DNA of 64,000 nt from an uncultured Fibrobacteraceae bacterium (GTDB lineage: Bacteria; Krumholzibacteriota; Krumholzibacteriia; LZORAL124-64-63), in the NCBI GenBank assembly GCA_964389015.1, contig CAYMCR010000001.1, positions 86,040 through 150,039 on the forward strand, written 5' to 3'. The notes beneath the pieces are model-generated. The model was not told the DNA's origin. It made no database searches and was given only the letters and a program-made list of their open reading frames with translations. Made by a program: the position numbers and the translations under genes. Below are positions 16,417 to 22,126 of this stretch, piece after piece. Position 1 is the first letter of the stretch, and each line of letters opens with the position of its first letter.

Positions 16417-16812
16417 CTAGCCGACGGCCAGCAGCATATTGATATGATCGGACAGGTGGCGCACGCCCTCTTCGTCGATCTGCGTGAAGAAGACAGCCAC
16501 TTCATAGCTGGTGACATCGGGGCCTTCGGTCTCCGGCAACACGCGCACGACGATGCCTTCGCAGTGTGCGGTGTCGATCTGATCCGTACGGCCGTCCGCG
16601 TCCTTGTGGGTGGGAAGCTCGAGTGCCATGTCCAGCTTGGTCATGGGTTCGATGAAGTGATCCGACTTGAAGTAGATGCCCGATGAACTGATGTTCAGTG
16701 TCTCCATGGACACGGGCTCTTGGCTGCCGTCGGGCCGGGGGATGCTGACCTCCAACTTGAGGCTGGCATCGACCCGATGGCCCTTGCGCCTGTCGTTCAT
16801 CGCATCGTTCAT
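16417..16812 (-). CDS. PilZ domain protein (c-di-GMP receptor; flagellar brake candidate)
   Basis: 131 aa. RKGHR (RxxxR) and NISSSG (D/NxSxxG) PilZ motifs at the N-terminus. Stand-alone PilZ adjacent to the flagellar operon. Confidence 0.75.
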   Translation of the reverse strand: MNDAMNDRRKGHRVDASLKLEVSIPRPDGSQEPVSMETLNISSSGIYFKSDHFIEPMTKLDMALELPTHKDADGRTDQIDTAHCEGIVVRVLPETEGPDVTSYEVAVFFTQIDEEGVRHLSDHINMLLAVG

Positions 16813-16871
16813 CTGGACTCCTTTCCCCCGGGTTTACCCGACTCCTCTGGTCGGCGGGGACGCCCCTCAAA

Positions 16872-16887
16872 TGCACGGCCCGTGCCA
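16872..16887 (-). promoter_or_regulatory. Sigma54-type promoter candidate for pilZ
   Basis: Minus strand TGGCAC-gggcc-GTGCA with GG-N10-GC spacing, about 60 nt upstream of the pilZ ATG. The element is nearly palindromic. Confidence 0.4.
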
Positions 16888-16905
16888 ACGCAAGCGTAGT
16901 GGCGC

Positions 16906-16939
16906 ACAAGAAAAACCGGCACTCCGTGAAGTGCCGGTT
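16906..16939 (-). terminator. Rho-independent terminator after the hup-peptide transcription unit
   Basis: Minus strand AACCGGCACT-tcacgg-AGTGCCGGTT followed by TTTTTCTT. A 10-bp stem, 6 nt downstream of the peptide stop codon. Confidence 0.55.
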
Positions 16940-16945
16940 CAGGCA

Positions 16946-17035
16946 TCACTTCTTCTTGTGCCTGTTCTTGCGCAGGCGCTTCTTGCGCTTGTGCGTCGCA
17001 ATCTTCTTGCGCTTGCGCTTACGTCCGTTGGGCAT
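16946..17035 (-). CDS. 29-aa highly basic peptide (MPNGRKRKRKKIATHKRKKRLRKNRHKKK), possible ribosome/nucleic-acid associated small protein
   Basis: ATG with GGAAAGG 10-16 nt upstream. 20 of 29 residues are K/R/H. Immediately followed by a strong terminator and located downstream of the HU-family gene. Below the ORF-track size cutoff. Confidence 0.4.
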   Translation of the reverse strand: MPNGRKRKRKKIATHKRKKRLRKNRHKKK

Positions 17036-17173
17036 CTCTTGTCGCCTTTCCGCTCGTGCCGTTGACGCCGTCACTGGTTATATGCAGACATCCAGACGGT
17101 ACGGAGGCCGCCCGGCCTGCCGATGTATCCGTGAACTGGCGAGACGGCAATATAACAGAGTAGTGCCCGACAA

Positions 17174-17482
17174 TCAAATGCCGGAGGTCTCTTCTTCGCC
17201 GACCGGTGTAGCGTTGAGCTTCGATTTCAGCTCGTTCGAAGCCTTGAAGAAGGGAACCTGTTTGGACGGGACCTGTACCGCCTCTCCCGTACGTGGATTC
17301 CTGGCCAGACGGGCGCGGCGGTTTTTGACCTTGAAACTGCCGAAGCCACGCAATTCGACCTTATCGCCACCCACGAGAGCCTGGCCGATGTTCTCGAGGA
17401 TCAGATTTACGACGACCCCCGTATCCTTTTTGCTGACACCCGTCTTTCCGGCAATCATCTCGACCAGCTCGGCCTTGGTCAT
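17174..17482 (-). CDS. HU/IHF-family DNA-binding protein
   Basis: MTKAELVEMIAGKTGVSKKDTGVVVNLILENIGQALVGGDKVELRGFGSFKVKNRRARLARNPRTGEAVQVPSKQVPFFKASNELKSKLN carries the GFGxF and RNPxTGE motifs. 102 aa. Confidence 0.85.
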   Translation of the reverse strand: MTKAELVEMIAGKTGVSKKDTGVVVNLILENIGQALVGGDKVELRGFGSFKVKNRRARLARNPRTGEAVQVPSKQVPFFKASNELKSKLNATPVGEEETSGI

Positions 17483-17986
17483 CGTCACACCCCTCTTCAG
17501 CATATCTGTCTCAACTTCTTGCGATACAGCTTGTTAACTTCTAGCATAGCGAACGGGGCCTGACAAGTCTTTTTTAAGCAAACGACTGCCTTCAAAGACG
17601 ATGCGGGAAAGAATGACCAAAGCGAAGACTCGGGGGTCGAGGCGAGGAGAGGAAATGTTTCCCGCGATTGCCGCGTGCCGCTTCCACCTGGGATCTACAA
17701 CACGGAGAGCGTAGTAGGTCGAATCGACAAGGCGCCAGCAGCGCAGGAAACATTATCTGGTGGCCTAGCATCAAGTCCGATGCCAGGTTTCCTGCGCCGC
17801 ACAACCTACAACATTCGAATGTCTTATCTTATTTATGGCAACACGTATGGACTGTTCTATTAAACCATATTCTCAAGGGCTGAACCCCCGCGCGGAGGGC
17901 GCGCAGCGTTGCAAGTTGGCGTGTCTACGTTGCAATCGGAAATAACCTTGAAACCCATTTTCACGGCGAGTCAGAGGGGCGCCGGA

Positions 17987-19429
17987 TCAAGAGCCTGTCG
18001 TGGGTATCAGCGCGCCGGCGAGGGAACGGAAGAGCGCGGCCTGCGCGGTGGTAAAGCGGCAATCACGGCGAGACATCACGATGCGAGCAACGTCCAGAGC
18101 CCGCGCCACCTCGTAGATACGTCGACCGCGCCCGTCACCCCAGGTGAAGTTGCAGAGATAGGTACGGGGAAAACCGGCCGCGAAGACGTTGCTCGCGAAA
18201 CCCACGGTCGTACCCGTGTTGAAGGTCGTGCCGATGGCGCTCTTGGCGTGCTCGCCCATCATCAGGCCCACGAAGCGCGACCCGGAGTCGAGGGGACCGA
18301 GACCGTAGTTCACCTTGATCTTGCTGTAGTTGTTCTTCAAATCGCTGTTGGTCGTGTCGGCGCCGAGGTTGACCCAGCTCCCCACGATACTGTGCCCCAG
18401 AAAGCCGGCGTGCTGCTTGTTCATATACGGCAGCAGCTGTGATTCGGCGATCTCGCCGGCAACCCGGCAGCCCGCGCCTACGGCTGTCTCGCCGTAGAGG
18501 GTGGCGCCGGCCTTGACGCGCACGTCGCAGCCAAGGTACAGCGGCCCTTCCAGGTAGGTGTGCGGCAGGACTCGCGTGCCGCGGTCGATGACCACGGGGC
18601 CGTTCGAGACGTTGATCACCACACCGGGGTCGAGTACACATCCCTCGCCCAGCCAGAGCTCACCGGGTTCCCTGACGGTCCCGTCCTCCTGCAGGGAATC
18701 CTCGGGTGCCGTGAAGGAAACGCCCTCCGGCGGGGAATCGTCGGCCCGCACGAGCACGCCGCCTTCAGCCCAGGTAGGCTCCCCCGCCGCGGGCAGAGCG
18801 CCGAAGAGGTGCCTGGGCGGCAGGGACAGCTCCACACCCTCTGCCAACGCCGCCGTATCGTCACGGACCGCCCCGCCGATGCCGTCGATCAGATGCCATA
18901 GATAGCCCAGGGCGGCGGCGGTGTCGTCCGGGGCGACGGAGACGGGGCTCCAGACGGGCGCCGGGGCGACTGGCGCCGTCCAGACTTCGCTTCCCGCGCA
19001 GGCCTCGTCCCAGAGATGCCAGGATGCCAGCGCTGCCAGGGCGTCGTCGGCCGTGGTGTGCCAGGCGACCAACCCGTGCGCGTCGTTCTGCGCCTCGCCC
19101 ACGGGGAGGTCGCGCAGCAGGTCCCGTAGTGTGGACCATTGCGGCGCTACGCGCGCGGCAAGGAAGAGAACGTCGCCTGTCGCGGCTTCGCGGCAGGCTT
19201 CGAGACCTACACGGATGCCCGGAGGCGAAAATTCCCGCTGCAGATCGGTTAGCAGACCACGCGGCAGCAGAGCGATCTCGAACGAATCCTGTTCGGCTGT
19301 GCGCAGAAGCTGCACACGTTCGCGCAGATTGAAGAGGCCGCAGGGGATCTCGTAGACGGGGAGACTCCACGACAAGGGACGGAATTGCTGCGCGGTGTGG
19401 TCCTCGAAGAGGATGACCAATCGGGTCAA
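17987..19429 (-). CDS. Putative sugar nucleotidyltransferase, GlmU-like with C-terminal left-handed beta-helix (TIGR03991-like)
   Basis: TTG start with a GAGGAG RBS. N-terminus FRPLSWSLPVYEIPCGLFNLRERV resembles the 'alternate GlmU' family. C-terminal hexapeptide repeats GATLYGETAVGAGCRVAGEIAESQL... 13 nt downstream of the preceding small ORF, so an operon is likely. Confidence 0.6.
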   Translation of the reverse strand: MTRLVILFEDHTAQQFRPLSWSLPVYEIPCGLFNLRERVQLLRTAEQDSFEIALLPRGLLTDLQREFSPPGIRVGLEACREAATGDVLFLAARVAPQWSTLRDLLRDLPVGEAQNDAHGLVAWHTTADDALAALASWHLWDEACAGSEVWTAPVAPAPVWSPVSVAPDDTAAALGYLWHLIDGIGGAVRDDTAALAEGVELSLPPRHLFGALPAAGEPTWAEGGVLVRADDSPPEGVSFTAPEDSLQEDGTVREPGELWLGEGCVLDPGVVINVSNGPVVIDRGTRVLPHTYLEGPLYLGCDVRVKAGATLYGETAVGAGCRVAGEIAESQLLPYMNKQHAGFLGHSIVGSWVNLGADTTNSDLKNNYSKIKVNYGLGPLDSGSRFVGLMMGEHAKSAIGTTFNTGTTVGFASNVFAAGFPRTYLCNFTWGDGRGRRIYEVARALDVARIVMSRRDCRFTTAQAALFRSLAGALIPTTGS

Positions 19430-19442
19430 AGCGACTCCTCGC

Positions 19443-19799
19443 TCAGTTCAGGGTGATCTGCACGGTCGCACCGGCCGGTGCGTCGTGGTGACGCGTCGCG
19501 ACGGTGCCCCGGCCCCGCCCGTCGAGGCGAAACAGGTCCGACGTCGATTCGCCGCTTGCAGACGATAACAGGTCAAGGGCCGCGCCTGCATCGTCCACCC
19601 AGCGCACATCCAGGCATTGATCTTGCGTACCGTACATCGACAGAGTCGCTTTCGAGGATGTCGAGCCACCGGTGGAGGCTGCGGACACGGACAGCGAAGG
19701 CACAACCGAGACCCGGGCGGCGAATTCAAAATCGGCGCCCACAGCCGACGTAGATGCCAAAACTGCGCAAAAGAGCAACGGGCAAGATCTGCGGAACAT
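19443..19799 (-). CDS. Small secreted protein, possible SCPU/Csu-type pilin-like subunit
   Basis: 118 aa from the ATG at 19799 with a GGGGAGAA RBS. Signal peptide MFRRSCPLLFCAVLASTSAVGA. C-terminal strand ATVQITLN resembles the C-terminal strands of the two neighbouring pilin genes (FTITVTYN, YVITIDYN). Confidence 0.35.
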   Translation of the reverse strand: MFRRSCPLLFCAVLASTSAVGADFEFAARVSVVPSLSVSAASTGGSTSSKATLSMYGTQDQCLDVRWVDDAGAALDLLSSASGESTSDLFRLDGRGRGTVATRHHDAPAGATVQITLN

Positions 19800-20020
19800 G
19801 ATGCGTTCTCCCCGGGTGGATGGCGCTCCGCTGCTCGAACAGTATGACGAGCATACTACCAGTTTGGCCCATACGAAGGCAAATTGCACCCAAAAAACTG
19901 TAAAGCCGGGTGTCTTGAGGTCGATTACAACCATGAGCTAGGCATCCGGAGTTTAAGGCACAACAGCGTCTCGACAGTTTTTCCGGGTATGGAGACCACC
20001 GTTTCTAAAGGAGTTGAATC

Positions 20021-20518
20021 ATGCGGAAACATCTCATCCTGACCTTGGCGGCTCTGCTGGTCGCCTTCCCCATCACCCAGGTCATGGCCTTGGATTCGCC
20101 GCAGGACGGCGTCGTGGACGTGTTCATCGCCCTGGCCGTGGCTGAGACCGTCGAGATGGACTTCGGTGCCGTCATCGACGCCGATGGTACCATTACTCTG
20201 GACACCACCGACACCATCGCCGCCGACCCTGCCGGCATCCATCAGGGTGGCACGGTGGCCAGTGGTCTGTACACGATCACCGGTCAGCCGAGCACGGCCG
20301 TGGACGTGGACATCACGCCTGCGAACGCCAACGGCCTGAATCTGTCCAACTTCACTACCGACCAGGGCGGCGGCGTATTCCCGCTGGTCGCCGTCATGAT
20401 CGACGGCGTGGGCGACCTGGCCATGCTCCTCGGTGCCGACCTCGAGGTGCAGAGCGGTGTCGCCGCTCCCGGCGCCAACCAGCCTCTGAACTTCACCATC
20501 ACGGTGACCTATAACTAG
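20021..20518 (+). CDS. Sigma-fimbriae (Csu/spore-coat-U type) pilin subunit A
   Basis: Signal peptide MRKHLILTLAALLVAFPITQVMA and an AAAGGAG RBS. 165 aa, Thr/Gly/Ala-rich, C-terminus NFTITVTYN. Followed by a strong terminator, as expected for a major subunit. Confidence 0.5.
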   Translation: MRKHLILTLAALLVAFPITQVMALDSPQDGVVDVFIALAVAETVEMDFGAVIDADGTITLDTTDTIAADPAGIHQGGTVASGLYTITGQPSTAVDVDITPANANGLNLSNFTTDQGGGVFPLVAVMIDGVGDLAMLLGADLEVQSGVAAPGANQPLNFTITVTYN

Positions 20519-20536
20519 TCTCCACCCGGGACTGGC

Positions 20537-20563
20537 GGGGAGGCCTTCGGGCCTCCCCTTTTT
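20537..20563 (+). terminator. Rho-independent terminator after pilin A (partial read-through into pilin B/chaperone/usher expected)
   Basis: GGGGAGGCC-ttcg-GGCCTCCCC followed by TTTTT. Confidence 0.6.
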
Positions 20564-20645
20564 CATGCGCTCCCCCCTGCACCGTCTGGCACGCCCCTTG
20601 CCGTATCACGTTTGTAACCACATTGCGAACTGGGGAGACCCGTTG

Positions 20646-21131
20646 ATGGATCTGCTTGCAAAACACGTGGTTCGCCCCTTGCGTGGGCGGATCGCCTTGA
20701 GCTTGGTTCTCGTCGTGCTGATACAGGCCGGACCGGCCGGCGGCGTGGATCTGAGCATCGTCGAAACGGTGGAGCTCGACTTCGGCGCCGTCATCGACGG
20801 CGACGGCGCGGTCGTGCTCGGCCTGGCCGACGCCATCACCGCCGACCCGGCCGGCATCCACGTCGGCGGGGCCGTCTTCACCGGCCAGTACACGATCAGC
20901 GGCGACCCCTTCGCCGCCTTCAGTCTGTCCATCGTCGGTTCGACCGCCGCCGGACTGACCATCGACCTATTCGATACCAGCGAGGGCATCCCCCCCCTGC
21001 TCAGCGTCGCCCTGAACGGTGTCGGCGAGCTCGATCTCTCGCTGGGCGCGACCCTGACCGTCGATTCAGGTACCACCACCCCGGGCTACGACCAGACCCT
21101 CACCTACGTCATCACCATCGACTACAACTAG
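20646..21131 (+). CDS. Sigma-fimbriae pilin subunit B (paralog of subunit A)
   Basis: Internal ATG with a GGGGAGA RBS. Signal peptide MDLLAKHVVRPLRGRIALSLVLVVLIQAGPAGG. Shares ELDFGAVIDGDG...ADPAGIH.GG...G.YTI.G and the C-terminal ITIDYN with subunit A. Confidence 0.5.
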   Translation: MDLLAKHVVRPLRGRIALSLVLVVLIQAGPAGGVDLSIVETVELDFGAVIDGDGAVVLGLADAITADPAGIHVGGAVFTGQYTISGDPFAAFSLSIVGSTAAGLTIDLFDTSEGIPPLLSVALNGVGELDLSLGATLTVDSGTTTPGYDQTLTYVITIDYN

Positions 21132-21259
21132 CGACGACAGTTGCTCTTCCACTCGCAGAGGTGTGGCATGAGCGTTGCGTTGAGATCCCTCTGAAAGAGC
21201 AGACGGCCCGGTGATCCCCTGGAAAACCCGCCGTTATTTGCCTGTAAGGAGGATGAGTT

Positions 21260-22126
21260 ATGGTTTGGTCGTGGTTGCGTCGTGCCTCGCTGATCCTGTT
21301 GTGGTCGGCAATCGTCCTGTGTGGCGGCGTTCTGGACACCCTGGCCAACGGCCTGTCCATCGCTCCGATCCGGCTCGTCTTCGACGGCCGCTCGCGTGTG
21401 GCCACCGTCTACCTGACCAACAAGAGCGATTGGGAAGCCACCTACCGCATCCTGGTCCGCGACAAGCGGATGCTGGAGACCGGGCAGATCGTGGACGCCA
21501 CCGAAGCGTGGCCGGGTGAGCGCTTTGCCAGCGATCTGCTGCGCTTCTCGCCCCGGCGCGTCGTGCTGGGACCGGGCGCGAGCCAAACCGTGCGAGTCAT
21601 GCTCCGCAATCCCAGCGAAGGTCGACTCGAGCACGGTGAATATCGCACCCACCTGGTTTTCCAGTCGGTGCCCAACACACCGACTCCCGAAGAACTGGCC
21701 CAGCAGGACGGACACACCGTCGCCCGCGCCATCATCGAGACCAGCATCCCCGTGATCATCCGGCGTGACAACCCCGAGGCCGCCATCAGCTTCGCGTCGG
21801 CGGCCTTGGACACTTCCCTGACCGCGGATGGCCGACCCCAGATCGAGCTCGTGCTCGCGCGTGAGGGTGAGCGCTCGGTCTACGGCGACATCACCGTCGA
21901 CTGGATAGACGACAACGGTCGCGGCAAGACCATCGCCAAGATCGTGGGCATCGCCGTCTACTACCCGACGCCCCGGCGCCTCATCCGTCTGCCCCTGGCC
22001 GTGGCAAGCCGGGAGGCACTGTCTGCCGGCAGTCTGTACGTGCGCTTCGAGGAGAACGCCCTGGGCCGTGGCGACTTGTGGGCCGACACCTCGCTGGACG
22101 TGGCAGCCGAGAGGATCTTCCGGTAA
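21260..22126 (+). CDS. Periplasmic pilus chaperone (PapD/CsuC-like)
   Basis: AAGGAGG RBS and a signal peptide. N-domain IAPIRLVFDGRSRVATVYLTNKSDWEATYRILV fits the chaperone Ig-like fold. 288 aa. Stop overlaps the usher start. Confidence 0.65.
   Translation: MVWSWLRRASLILLWSAIVLCGGVLDTLANGLSIAPIRLVFDGRSRVATVYLTNKSDWEATYRILVRDKRMLETGQIVDATEAWPGERFASDLLRFSPRRVVLGPGASQTVRVMLRNPSEGRLEHGEYRTHLVFQSVPNTPTPEELAQQDGHTVARAIIETSIPVIIRRDNPEAAISFASAALDTSLTADGRPQIELVLAREGERSVYGDITVDWIDDNGRGKTIAKIVGIAVYYPTPRRLIRLPLAVASREALSAGSLYVRFEENALGRGDLWADTSLDVAAERIFR

Noticed and set aside
16899-17537. 212-aa plus-strand ORF spanning the peptide gene and antisense to the HU-family gene.
   Set aside because: It is antisense to a well-conserved HU/IHF gene, has low-complexity Arg/Leu/Phe composition and has no RBS.
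17675-17863. 62-aa plus ORF ending in the AT-rich Tyr-rich segment MSYLIYGNTYGLFY (possible leader peptide/RiPP precursor).
   Set aside because: No Shine-Dalgarno precedes either Met. Composition switches abruptly from GC-rich to AT-rich mid-ORF. It is more parsimoniously non-coding (promoter or ncRNA DNA); it remains noted within the intergenic-region finding.
19935-20020. Sigma54 or sigma28 promoter for the fimbrial operon (AGGCAC...; TAAAGGAG).
   Set aside because: AGGCAC lacks a correctly spaced GC. The TAAA is part of the RBS. No convincing promoter could be assigned by eye.
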